A DNA stretch of 64,000 bases from an uncultured virus (IMG/VR IMGVR_UViG_3300022925_000007) (taxonomy: Duplodnaviria > Heunggongvirae > Uroviricota > Caudoviricetes). Numbering within the stretch: the stretch's first letter is position 1; each line of letters starts with the position of its first letter. Positions 27,191-36,485 of this stretch are shown piece after piece. Under the pieces are notes generated by a model that did no database searches, had not been told where the DNA came from, and was given only the letters and a program-made list of their open reading frames with translations. The stretch is taken from IMG/VR virus record IMGVR_UViG_3300022925_000007. One strand, 5' to 3'. The position numbers and the translations under genes are program-made.

Positions 27191-27793
27191 ATGTCAAAAA
27201 CAATTCATATCATAGGCAACGGCGATAATTCTGTTCTTTTTAATGACAAATGTAAAGGAACGAGGATAGTTTGTAACCTTCCTCCGTTTGAAGTCAGTAA
27301 CGTATACGCGACCACCATCGTCGACTTCAAAATGATGAGTGCGATTACCGAAGGTAGCGTAAACTTAGATGGATTCGAATGGATTCTTGGTAATCGTCCA
27401 AAGGTGTGGATGGATAACCACCCTATGCTATATCTCAAGAAGGCACCGCTGATAAAAGAGTTCTATTTGACTGTGCCTAAATATGCAGGTAATGCAACCA
27501 ACTTCAACTGCGGTCACATGGCAACGCATTATGCCGCCAACAGGTTGAAGGGAACAGAGATTCATATGTATGGTTTCGATTCCATATTCGATCACAACAT
27601 GCGGTCATATACTGACGTTGTCCTTTCTAGCGATCGCAGTAATAATAACAACCACCGTCTTCTAAACAACTGGCGACCTATATGGTTTCATATCTTTAAA
27701 GAGTTTCCGGACGTTCAGTTTGTTCTCTACCATAAACACGCGAACTCAAAGATTAATCTTCCCGAGAATGTTGCCGTTAGAAATAGTGTTTGA
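27191..27793 (+). CDS. Sialyltransferase/Maf-like fold protein (tentative)
   Basis: IIGNG...CN...GH.A...EIHMYGFD pattern. Confidence 0.45.
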   Translation: MSKTIHIIGNGDNSVLFNDKCKGTRIVCNLPPFEVSNVYATTIVDFKMMSAITEGSVNLDGFEWILGNRPKVWMDNHPMLYLKKAPLIKEFYLTVPKYAGNATNFNCGHMATHYAANRLKGTEIHMYGFDSIFDHNMRSYTDVVLSSDRSNNNNHRLLNNWRPIWFHIFKEFPDVQFVLYHKHANSKINLPENVAVRNSV

Positions 27794-27818
27794 CATTTGA
27801 TTTTAAATAGTATACAAT
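27790..27818 (+). promoter_or_regulatory. sigma70 promoter TTGACA-N17-TACAAT
   Basis: Near-consensus boxes with 17-bp spacing. Confidence 0.75.
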
Positions 27819-27828
27819 ATGATAAATT

Positions 27829-28116
27829 ATGGAGGAAACTATGAATCATAAACCAACACGTGAGTGGATCATCAAGGAGATGCGCAAAGGTATCGTCGAG
27901 TTTTCATTTGAAAAGAAAGACGGCGAACTGCGTGAGATGAGAGCAACACTGGTTAATCAAGTCATGCCTGAAGATAAGATACCGCAGACTGATTATAATG
28001 CGATTGCTAAATCACACCCTGACGTTATACGTTGCTTTGACGTTGAGATTAAGGAGTGGCGCTCTTTTAATATCTCGAAACTCAAATCTTATGATGGAAT
28101 CAAGAAACTCCTATGA
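27829..28116 (+). CDS. SH3/WYL-like small phage protein
   Basis: V.F.F.KKDGE.R.M.AT ... FDVE.KEWRSF. Confidence 0.7.
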   Translation: MEETMNHKPTREWIIKEMRKGIVEFSFEKKDGELREMRATLVNQVMPEDKIPQTDYNAIAKSHPDVIRCFDVEIKEWRSFNISKLKSYDGIKKLL

Positions 28117-28340
28117 GCGATAACTTCTTAAACAAAAAGCGATTCTCTAAGATGATAGAGGACGCTGTTCTTGATAAGAATATGTCATACATGGATGCTA
28201 TCATCTATCTGTGTGATAAAGTGAATCTTGAAGTAGAGGACTGCAAGAAATACACTTCTAATGTCATTCGCGAGAAACTTAGAGTAGAAGCGATGAACCT
28301 CAACTTCATGCCAAAGGAGGACGAACTCCCCCTTGACTAA
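28113..28340 (+). CDS. 33: Late-transcription coactivator gp33
   Basis: MSYMDAII.LC...EKLRVEA.NLNF; upstream of gp32. Confidence 0.8.
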   Translation: MSDNFLNKKRFSKMIEDAVLDKNMSYMDAIIYLCDKVNLEVEDCKKYTSNVIREKLRVEAMNLNFMPKEDELPLD

Positions 28341-28344
28341 AGTA

Positions 28345-28372
28345 TTGACGTCTGATTTTAAATCAGTATAAT
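28345..28372 (+). promoter_or_regulatory. sigma70 promoter TTGACG-N16-TATAAT for gene 32
   Basis: Boxes seen directly; palindromic spacer. Confidence 0.65.
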
Positions 28373-28433
28373 ATATGATGTTCGTTATGATTACGTGGAC
28401 AAAACTTACACACTGTATACAAGGAAAAAATAT

Positions 28434-29336
28434 ATGGATCTTTCTAAACTCAAGTCGAAGTCCTTCGACATCTCTAAACTCGTAGAAGAAGCGCAAAAGG
28501 TATCTGGCGGCGAACAGAAGTCAGGTAGCGATGAGCGCCAATGGAAACCCACCGTCGACAAGGCAGGTAATGGTTATGCTATTATTCGTTTCCTTCCTGC
28601 GCCAGACTCAGAAGTTCCATGGACTCGTTACTGGGACCATGGGTTCAAAGGACCAACTGGTAAGTGGTATATCGAGAAGTCTCTGACTTCTATCGGTCAA
28701 ACTGATCCGCTTGGTGAGATGAACAGCAAACTCTGGGCAACGGGAACCAAAGAAAATCAGGAAATCGTTCGTCAGCGCAAGCGTCGACTGCACTATGTCT
28801 CCAACATTATGGTTGTTAGCGACCCCGCTAATCCTGATAATGATGGAAAAGTATTTCTCTATGAGTTCGGTAAGAAGATCTTCGATAAGATCATGGATCT
28901 GATGCAACCATCGTTCCCCGATGAGCAACCAGTAAATCCTTTCGACCTTGACCGAGGCGCTGACTTCGTGTTGAAGATTCGCAAGGTAGAAGGTTATCGT
29001 AACTATGATAAGAGTGAGTTCCGTTCTTCCTCTGCTCTGTTCGATGGTGATGAAGGCAAGCAAGAGAAAGTAGCAGACGCACTTTATTCTCTCGCCGAGT
29101 TTACTGACCCCAAAGCATATAAGACTTATGCTGAACTGAACCGTAAACTTCTGGACGTTCTTGGCGAAAGCACGGCACGTTCGAACCAAGTAGAAATCGA
29201 AGAGGAGTTGGCACCAGAACCAAAGTCAGCAGAACCTGAGGTTCCTACTGTATCCAAGTCCGTTGAGGATATTGCTGAGGTGGAAGATGAAGACGATACC
29301 ATGTCTTACTTCCAAAAGTTAGCGCAAGCAGACTAA
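28434..29336 (+). CDS. 32: Single-stranded DNA-binding protein gp32
   Basis: DKAGNGYAIIRFLP, HGFKGPTGKWYIE, GKKIFDKI, YRNYDKSEF, acidic tail ending SYFQKLA; AAGGA RBS before ATG 28434. Confidence 0.95.
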   Translation: MDLSKLKSKSFDISKLVEEAQKVSGGEQKSGSDERQWKPTVDKAGNGYAIIRFLPAPDSEVPWTRYWDHGFKGPTGKWYIEKSLTSIGQTDPLGEMNSKLWATGTKENQEIVRQRKRRLHYVSNIMVVSDPANPDNDGKVFLYEFGKKIFDKIMDLMQPSFPDEQPVNPFDLDRGADFVLKIRKVEGYRNYDKSEFRSSSALFDGDEGKQEKVADALYSLAEFTDPKAYKTYAELNRKLLDVLGESTARSNQVEIEEELAPEPKSAEPEVPTVSKSVEDIAEVEDEDDTMSYFQKLAQAD

Positions 29337-29353
29337 TCGGCACTTTGTAGTAT

Positions 29354-29377
29354 AAACCCGCTTCGGCGGGTTTTTTT
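29354..29377. terminator. Terminator with cUUCGg tetraloop between convergent genes
   Basis: AAACCCGC-TTCG-GCGGGTTTTTTT. Confidence 0.9.
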
Positions 29378-31316
29378 ATCTCGCGCCAAACTGACTTGCG
29401 TACCGATCAGAAGTATCAGTTGATGGAGGCATCGGCATCGTAGTCTGATTGGTGATGGTAGCATTAGACACATTATTATTTGTTGCGGCGACGATTGATG
29501 TTCCGCCAGATGCCGCGCTGGTCGCTGCTTTAATCTGAGCAGTTACGTCTTGCAGTTGACCCGTCAAAGAAGCGATCTTACCAACACCCTGCAGATTTTT
29601 TCCTGACATTATTGCTTCAGTTCGTTTCTGCAGTTCAGCATATCTAGGATCGTCGTCCATGATAAACTCATTGGCACCGACTAATCTTTCTTGCGCCATT
29701 TGCTTGAACGCTTCTTGCCCTGCTTTGAAGCGTGCTTGCTCAGCGGACACATCTTTCTTATCCTTCTCTAACTGAGCAGCACTGACGGCAGTGGTTGTTT
29801 CTTCTCCACCCGTAACAGTAGTTCCGCCAGTAGAACTCTTCAATACCATGCCGCTGGTATCTTCTAGATCGCCATCAGTACCAGCATAGAAATTATCGCC
29901 ACCGCCAAAGGTCATAGAATTTTCAGCAGCTTCAACTTCAGCAAATGCCGCATTTTCTTTATTGCGCAGTTCTTTATTCTTCGCGCTGAGTTCTGATAGT
30001 TCTGCCATCAACGCATTGCGCTTGGCAATCTTTTCTTCTTTGCTTAGACCTTCATAAGTCGCTCTGTCATATACCTTTGCGTCAAGTGCACGTATCTGTT
30101 CTTGTAGAGCAGCGCGTTCGTCAGATATCGTCGCGGCAGCGGCATCAACTGCTGCTGCAGCACCAGTATCAACAGGATTGCCGTCTTTGTCCACTGCCAT
30201 AGCACCTGCTGCCATTGCTTCTGCGCGATTTTCCCTTGCCTTTGCACGTTCATATGCATTCATTGGCTTGTTGGTATCTTCTTCTTCCTTTTCCTTTTCT
30301 TCCCTTTCCTTTTTTTCCTTTTCTTCCTTTTCCTTGTTTTTTGATTCCTTAAACCTTTCTGCCGAATTAGTATCCAGCATTTTCGCTTCACCGGCACCGC
30401 TGTTAGCAAACTCTTTCAAGGAGGGGGGTACTAAAAAATCAGGCGCAAGTTTTATAACCTTTTTTACAAAACCTATGAGTGCGTTATACATTCCGAGTAT
30501 AGAGTTTACTACTGAGAATAATCCATCTTTCAACTTTAAAACAGCATATTTTAAAGTATCCCCGATGCTATCAAATCCTAGGTTTTCTGTCACAGATTCT
30601 AATAGTTTATAAAGACCAAACAATGCAGCACCTATCGCTAAACCTATCAGAACGAACGGTGCCGCTGCGACTACAACTGGCGTTAAAGCAGTTATTATAG
30701 AACTGAAAGCACCAATCATTCCGGGAATAAACGTTCCCAACATAAACAAACGAATTGCTTTCGCTGCGTTTATGAGCAACCCCAATCCCTTGAACGCCAT
30801 TTGTCCGACAAACTTAAACAACCCAGCAGATAATTTTATTAATGTGGAACCCACCGCAAACGCTGCTTTGCCGAGTAGTATAAAAGGACCTGCGACAAGA
30901 TTCGCTAGACTAACGGTAAACCCTGTCAACATACCAGCGAACCCAGCAACTCCTGCTAGGACTCCGGTGATGCTTCCTTTCAAATTACTAAATATAGAAC
31001 CGTATCCAAAAGAAGAGTCTTCTTTACCGGCAGCAAACGCATCGCCTATTTTACCTTTTTTCTCCGGCGATTCTCTACTTTCCCTCCGATCTTCTTCTCG
31101 ATCGCCTTCCCCTAACCGTTCAGCTCTATCCTTTTTATCCTTAACATCGATGTTGAAAGATAACGTATCGGACAAGACGTTATGAATTTCTTTCATAACA
31201 CCTTTTATAGACTCAAGGCAATACTGTATCTCAAGATTAGAGTAGGCAATTACCTCTAATTTATCTTGTATATTCTCGTCTTGTAGTTCGGTTATGACTG
31301 TTTTTAATTCGGACAT
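29376..31316 (-). CDS. Putative tape-measure / baseplate hub (gp29-like)
   Basis: Gly/Ala hydrophobic segments and coiled coils; lies after gp26-gp51. Confidence 0.55.
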   Translation of the reverse strand: MSELKTVITELQDENIQDKLEVIAYSNLEIQYCLESIKGVMKEIHNVLSDTLSFNIDVKDKKDRAERLGEGDREEDRRESRESPEKKGKIGDAFAAGKEDSSFGYGSIFSNLKGSITGVLAGVAGFAGMLTGFTVSLANLVAGPFILLGKAAFAVGSTLIKLSAGLFKFVGQMAFKGLGLLINAAKAIRLFMLGTFIPGMIGAFSSIITALTPVVVAAAPFVLIGLAIGAALFGLYKLLESVTENLGFDSIGDTLKYAVLKLKDGLFSVVNSILGMYNALIGFVKKVIKLAPDFLVPPSLKEFANSGAGEAKMLDTNSAERFKESKNKEKEEKEKKEREEKEKEEEDTNKPMNAYERAKARENRAEAMAAGAMAVDKDGNPVDTGAAAAVDAAAATISDERAALQEQIRALDAKVYDRATYEGLSKEEKIAKRNALMAELSELSAKNKELRNKENAAFAEVEAAENSMTFGGGDNFYAGTDGDLEDTSGMVLKSSTGGTTVTGGEETTTAVSAAQLEKDKKDVSAEQARFKAGQEAFKQMAQERLVGANEFIMDDDPRYAELQKRTEAIMSGKNLQGVGKIASLTGQLQDVTAQIKAATSAASGGTSIVAATNNNVSNATITNQTTMPMPPSTDTSDRYASQFGAR

Positions 31317-31325
31317 ACGGCAACT

Positions 31326-31514
31326 CTAGTTTGATGCGTTTTTTTGTTTTATTCTTTCGTTCTCTTCCTTAATATACTCAATCAACATAGTCACGTAAAC
31401 TTCCCTTTCCCACGGCATCATATTTTCCAACTCAGTTAACGAATAATTATGATGCTGCATCAAGGCAAAGTTGGTTTTATAATGATTCACAAGGTTATCG
31501 TGAGAAAGGCACAC
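31326..31514 (-). CDS. 51: Baseplate hub assembly protein gp51-like
   Basis: NFALMQHH.YSL.ELENM.PWERE.Y. Confidence 0.85.
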   Translation of the reverse strand: MCLSHDNLVNHYKTNFALMQHHNYSLTELENMMPWEREVYVTMLIEYIKEENERIKQKNASN

Positions 31515-32233
31515 TAAAAAAAACTATCAATTCCTTTCAGCATTATAGTATTTTGCGTGCTACACTTTTCGCAAATATACGTTATTTCTTTTTCCAACCT
31601 TGGCATATCTGAGAAGAATTTGGATACCTTTTGAAACTGAGAAGAAGTTAAACTTTCTACAAAGGATTTCAATTCTTCAAGACTTTCATCTTTGCTGCTA
31701 ATTCTCTCATCACCATGTAAGACTGCCACGATACACCTTGATATCATTTCCAGGGCAACTTCGGGGTCTTCTTCTACCTTGTCCATGTTAGTCTCAGACA
31801 TCGACTTATAAGAAGGATACCTGAACTCAACCTTCACGTTATCTGTCAACGTAATAACATTTGAGTCTTTAGGGACCATCACTTCTAGGGAATCTAAGTC
31901 AACGTCGATGGGATTTTTATGTTTACACTCACTGTTGGTGCATGGGGAAACTAAACTAGAAACTTCGCCGACCGACTTGGAACGTAATTTAATAAACATG
32001 TATTCGATATCAAATAAAGTCAAATCGTTCATGTTTATAGAAGCGCCTTCCTCAAGACATTTTTCAATGGTATCAATCACTGACCTCAACGCTGCACGTG
32101 TTTCGCCAGATTCAAATGCCATCATCATGACTTTCTCTTCTTTCACAAGATAGGGTCTATATCTGACCATCTTTCCTGTTGAAGGAATAGTCATTTCATA
32201 CATCGGTACTTCATTTAACTTTGGTAAAGCCAT
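31514..32233 (-). CDS. 26: Baseplate hub subunit gp26
   Basis: MALPKL, YRPYLVKEEK, FDIEY.F..LRSKSVGE. Confidence 0.88.
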   Translation of the reverse strand: MALPKLNEVPMYEMTIPSTGKMVRYRPYLVKEEKVMMMAFESGETRAALRSVIDTIEKCLEEGASINMNDLTLFDIEYMFIKLRSKSVGEVSSLVSPCTNSECKHKNPIDVDLDSLEVMVPKDSNVITLTDNVKVEFRYPSYKSMSETNMDKVEEDPEVALEMISRCIVAVLHGDERISSKDESLEELKSFVESLTSSQFQKVSKFFSDMPRLEKEITYICEKCSTQNTIMLKGIDSFF

Positions 32234-32250
32234 TATATTCTCCTATAAAA

Positions 32251-33036
32251 TTACAAACCTAAAACATCAGTCACAATATCAGTTCCGGCATCGACAATGT
32301 CACGGACCGTATCCTCCACAGTGTCAGATGTAGTCTTACTCTGCTGAGGAAACTCTCCTCTCCAATTCTTATAACTCAATGATACACTAAATTCTACCAA
32401 TGCGTTTTGTTGATTCGACAAAGGTATCGCTGTCATTGAAGTCGGGAATGCTTCAAACAATGAACAGGTATAAACCGTGTTCTCTGCACTTCTTATATCA
32501 ATACTTAGATTGCCTTCAGACAACTCGCCCAAGTCTATGCCTCCAATAGTAGGAAGCGCATCCTCTACACCCTGAGGCAACCCTAGATCAAACCCCAAGT
32601 CAATATCTAGTCCTTTAAATAACTCACCCTTTCTCAACTGGTGAACCTTTATATCCTGCACGTAGTCGTCATAGTAACCAATCTCATACGGCGCAGCATT
32701 AGAAACTGCGATGCCCATCCAGTCTTCAAAGTATGATTTTATTTTGTAGGTGTTGGACACGTAGAATGTTAGATTGATATCGCTGACCGCATATCCATAG
32801 GCATTCTTGGTCAATGGTATGCCAATCTGTCGATCCGCTGTGAGTATTTGGCGACCAGGAAGTTCAGCGGTAGTACAGAGTAGATTGAACTCTTTACTCG
32901 GGTAATTGTATATGACACCGCCGTCTGCGCGTTTCTTGCCTGCTAAAGAAGGCAACTCGACAACGAACAGGTTGCTCATCGCGAGTCCGCGTTCTTTGGA
33001 GATGTGCGCCTTGAACTGTTCTATGTTGTAGGTCAT
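32251..33036 (-). CDS. Tail tube-like protein / baseplate tail-tube initiator (gp54/gp19 family)
   Basis: LC..AELPG, LTFY, YFEDW, L.EAFP.S. Confidence 0.7.
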   Translation of the reverse strand: MTYNIEQFKAHISKERGLAMSNLFVVELPSLAGKKRADGGVIYNYPSKEFNLLCTTAELPGRQILTADRQIGIPLTKNAYGYAVSDINLTFYVSNTYKIKSYFEDWMGIAVSNAAPYEIGYYDDYVQDIKVHQLRKGELFKGLDIDLGFDLGLPQGVEDALPTIGGIDLGELSEGNLSIDIRSAENTVYTCSLFEAFPTSMTAIPLSNQQNALVEFSVSLSYKNWRGEFPQQSKTTSDTVEDTVRDIVDAGTDIVTDVLGL

Positions 33037-33623
33037 TAAATTGCTTTCCTAGAATCTCTGTATACTTTATTTTCTGTAGCACCTTTAAAGTCAGCAGTTG
33101 GTAAGAAGGTTGCTATCTCCCATTCTGCTGGTGGCACATAAGCAAAGTTGCCTCTGACATGATCGCCAAGATAGTGTTTGAAGCAAGGTTTGAAGTAACG
33201 CATCTTGCTCGATCTTTTTAGCATGTTATAAGTTACTCTGAACCGTGTGCTCTTGTCATATTTTTCATTGGTCGCAGTATCGAGCAGTCCGTCAAGGAAC
33301 TTCGCGCGCAAAGTCATCGGCAAGTAATGCAGATTCAATCCATAAAACCCGTCTTTCGCGAAATCAACGATGATCGTCAGTGGAAACTTGTCATAGTACG
33401 GAAGCGTTTCTTTATGTTTCGGGTCGTAGAAGTACATATACATCTCGCCGATAATAAAGTTAGACTTGCTCTTTATCGGCTCGTCACGGACGATCCCTCT
33501 GCGGTTTACAGAAGTGATCTCTTGCGCTTTCTTGCGAAACCAATCTCTTGACTGCTTGGTCCTAGGATTGATTCCTGCCCGAAATGCTTCGTATTCTAAG
33601 GTTTTGAATAAGTTACTTGCCAT
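33036..33623 (-). CDS. 2: DNA end protector gp2
   Basis: YDPKHK.TLPYYD.FPL, GLNLHYLP, CFKHYL. Confidence 0.9.
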   Translation of the reverse strand: MASNLFKTLEYEAFRAGINPRTKQSRDWFRKKAQEITSVNRRGIVRDEPIKSKSNFIIGEMYMYFYDPKHKETLPYYDKFPLTIIVDFAKDGFYGLNLHYLPMTLRAKFLDGLLDTATNEKYDKSTRFRVTYNMLKRSSKMRYFKPCFKHYLGDHVRGNFAYVPPAEWEIATFLPTADFKGATENKVYRDSRKAI

Positions 33624-33631
33624 ACTCTTAT

Positions 33632-34294
33632 TTATTCTTTTGTAGCAACACTTAATGGAACTATTTTAAATAAATCTTCTTGATCTGTCATAATTCTGTC
33701 AGAAGTCTTACCCCTGCTGTGTTCTAATGATGTTCCTAGTTCAGGTATAATGACGTGTTTGACAGGAGCCTTTGGTCCTAGAAAGCGAGTATGAGGAACT
33801 CCATGTCTAGATAAAAGACCATATCGAGAGTAACCCGATACAGGGATACCTAGAAAATGCTCAACCATACCGAACGGTCCTCTTAAGCATTTTATACCTT
33901 CCGCAAGTTTACACATCTCTTTTGCCCACCATGGGTTATAGAGAACTGCTTCCATACAATGCTGACCTAGATACTGCATTGCTAATCCTGGATTGTAGAT
34001 GATCATTTCTGGGTTTGTAAGATATGCGTCATGTTCAAGAACAAGAATAGGTCTGCCTTCTTCATAACACTTTTTCCATAGGAGATAATGACTGATGAAG
34101 CAACCTTTTTCTGCGGGTTTGTGCTTGACATCAAAGTCGAGATGCTTGCCTAAATGAAGCGTATCAGGTGTGACAGCATCAAAGAAATTTACTTCAAATC
34201 CAGCGTTAGTCCAACTCTTTGCGCAATACTTCGCATATATTTCAGACGTCTCATTATCTTTAACTCGTATCATCCATATATCAAAATCACTCAT
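33632..34294 (-). CDS. GT25-like glycosyltransferase
   Basis: FDAVTP, GCFISHYLLW, VLEHDA. Confidence 0.7.
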   Translation of the reverse strand: MSDFDIWMIRVKDNETSEIYAKYCAKSWTNAGFEVNFFDAVTPDTLHLGKHLDFDVKHKPAEKGCFISHYLLWKKCYEEGRPILVLEHDAYLTNPEMIIYNPGLAMQYLGQHCMEAVLYNPWWAKEMCKLAEGIKCLRGPFGMVEHFLGIPVSGYSRYGLLSRHGVPHTRFLGPKAPVKHVIIPELGTSLEHSRGKTSDRIMTDQEDLFKIVPLSVATKE

Positions 34295-34311
34295 TTCTTA
34301 CCCCTTAGAGT

Positions 34312-34815
34312 TCAATGGTTTTTTCCTTTCTTAAACGGTTTGAGCGGTTTGAGTTTTCCTGGCATCGGTTTATTTCCTTTAGGCATGATACCCATATTGC
34401 GCAGCGTATTCTCAGTCCAAACTTCAAAAGTCCATCCGTTGTCCTTTGCGACTTGGTTTGCGGCATGCCACTTGTTCATATTCTTTACATACTCAAGACC
34501 TTCGCGAATATACTTCTTGGTCTTGCGTTTGGATTCCGGAGGACGGGTCTGCTTGTCTGGTTTGATTTCTACTAGCAGTGTTTTTCCGTTGTCGAAGCGA
34601 ATAAATACATCTACAAAGTATCGGTGATATTTTTTATCGACTTCATAATAATAAGGAATGACCACTTCTTCTGATGACCACTCTTTTATGCTGCTATTAT
34701 CGTCGCACCATTTAAAGACCCACTTCTCCCACATGGATCGGTAGACTACGTTCTCGGCATCGCCACGATATTTCTTCTTATTCTTTACTTTGTACTTTCC
34801 GCTATATGTTTTCAC
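34312..34815 (-). CDS. 4: Head completion nuclease gp4
   Basis: YRS.WE, WSSEE..IPY, HRYFVD, VEIKP, N..KW.AA. Confidence 0.92.
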   Translation of the reverse strand: MKTYSGKYKVKNKKKYRGDAENVVYRSMWEKWVFKWCDDNSSIKEWSSEEVVIPYYYEVDKKYHRYFVDVFIRFDNGKTLLVEIKPDKQTRPPESKRKTKKYIREGLEYVKNMNKWHAANQVAKDNGWTFEVWTENTLRNMGIMPKGNKPMPGKLKPLKPFKKGKNH

Positions 34816-34822
34816 AATTCGC

Positions 34823-34830
34823 TATAAATA
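34823..34830 (+). promoter_or_regulatory. T4 late promoter TATAAATA
   Basis: Exact consensus in the divergent gp4/gp48 gap. Confidence 0.8.
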
Positions 34831-34869
34831 GGTGAATAGGATTATTATTTATTAGGACCAATAGTTTCC

Positions 34870-35763
34870 ATGGCAGAAGATCTAAGATACCCGATAAAGA
34901 ATATAGATTATCCTGGACAGATAGTCTTCACTCCATTGATAGAGCAACCTGTCGGTGCCGAGGAACTTTCCAATTCAGTCGCAAATGCTACTTCGGGTGA
35001 TGCGGAATTTCAGGGTGGCGGATCAGATCAACAAACACAAACAGGCGGTGGCGCGAAAGTAACAGAAGGCGAAAGGAGTTGTATATTATACCTTCCAAGT
35101 TCGCTGGCGATCGCTGACGGTGTTACATATAACAACGTTGACCTTGGTACGATGGGCGGTGCGGCAGAAGCAGCAATGGTTGGAGGAGGTTCAGCGCTCG
35201 GCGGTATCATGGGTGCGGCGAAAGGTGAAGTTGGTTCTTTCATTGATTCTTTTAAATCCGGCGCACCAAATGACACAAGCAAACTCGCAGCAAATAAAAT
35301 CGCCGCGAATCTTGGTGGTGATGGTATAGGCGCTGCAGTTAAATCACAATCAAGAGTAACAACAAACCCAAACACTCGAGCACTATTCGAGTCGGTGCCA
35401 CTGCGGTCATTTTCCTTTTCGTTTACCATGATTGCACAGAGCGCCGAGGAAGCAGAAGAGATTAAACGTATCATATACTTCTTTCGAGACGAACTGTATC
35501 CTGAAGAGATAAAGACATCTGCCGCAGGATTTGATTTTTCAATCGGTTACAAGTTTCCAAACCGTTTTGCTATTGACTTCTTATACAACGGAAAGGATGT
35601 TGCCACGAAAGTACAGCATTCATATCTGACCTCTTTTTCAACAACTTATAACTCCGGTGGTATGTCCATGCACACAGATGGTAATTTTCATCAGGTGGAT
35701 GTACAAATGGAATTCCTAGAATCTAAAGCACTATCGAAAGAACGTATTAGGGAAGGTTATTAA
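34870..35763 (+). CDS. 48: Baseplate tail-tube cap gp48-like
   Basis: LRYP, LYLP, NP....LF..V.LRSFSF.F, EA.EI..II.FFR..LYP. Confidence 0.8.
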   Translation: MAEDLRYPIKNIDYPGQIVFTPLIEQPVGAEELSNSVANATSGDAEFQGGGSDQQTQTGGGAKVTEGERSCILYLPSSLAIADGVTYNNVDLGTMGGAAEAAMVGGGSALGGIMGAAKGEVGSFIDSFKSGAPNDTSKLAANKIAANLGGDGIGAAVKSQSRVTTNPNTRALFESVPLRSFSFSFTMIAQSAEEAEEIKRIIYFFRDELYPEEIKTSAAGFDFSIGYKFPNRFAIDFLYNGKDVATKVQHSYLTSFSTTYNSGGMSMHTDGNFHQVDVQMEFLESKALSKERIREGY

Positions 35764-36485
35764 TGTCTAAGTTCTTTAGAAATTTTCCAGTAGTCGATTA
35801 CAGGTTCGGCGATAATATCAACACGAATCGTTTCAACAACCTTTCTGTTTATGTTGACATCATTGACCAAATAAAGGACGACGCATCTTTCTTTGAAAAG
35901 TATAGCATCTTCGAAGATGAAAGACCGGATCAACTATCAAATAAACTCTACGGAAACCCCAGTTATCACTGGACGTTCTTTTTATTAAACGATCATTTAC
36001 GCGAAAGCGGATGGCCGGCATCTAATTTGGAAGTTGTATCATTAGCGAAGAAGTATTACCCTTATCGTACGATTACCACCAAAACTTCTATTGCTAGCAC
36101 GTTGACTCCTGGTAAAACCATAGAAGGGACATCCTCAGGTTCTACTGGAACGATTATCTCCAGAAACCTAGACCTTGGGCAGATAATAGTCGATTCGGTA
36201 AATGGTTTTTCTAATGGAGAGGTGATCTACAACACTGAGGAAGTGACTCAAACAGCAGTTGTTTTTACCAACACGTTACAGTATCTTTCGGTGCACCATT
36301 ATGAAAATTCTGATAAGGTATGGACAGACATTGACCCAGCGCTTCAGACTCCTGGAGACTTAGTATCAGTAACTCACCTTGATAGACTGCGAAACAGAAA
36401 CGATGATCTGAAGCTGATTAAGATATTGAAACCAGCAGCATTGACTAGCATCGTGAGTGAATTCAAAAGACTCTTGGTATCATAA
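35763..36485 (+). CDS. 53: Baseplate wedge subunit gp53
   Basis: FF..FP.V.Y, ERPDQLS..LYG...YHW.FFLLN. Confidence 0.85.
   Translation: MSKFFRNFPVVDYRFGDNINTNRFNNLSVYVDIIDQIKDDASFFEKYSIFEDERPDQLSNKLYGNPSYHWTFFLLNDHLRESGWPASNLEVVSLAKKYYPYRTITTKTSIASTLTPGKTIEGTSSGSTGTIISRNLDLGQIIVDSVNGFSNGEVIYNTEEVTQTAVVFTNTLQYLSVHHYENSDKVWTDIDPALQTPGDLVSVTHLDRLRNRNDDLKLIKILKPAALTSIVSEFKRLLVS

Noticed and set aside
28608..29189. 193-aa antisense ORF in gene 32, and similar antisense ORFs in the fibre genes
   Set aside because: No RBS or recognisable motifs; they lie opposite well-supported genes.
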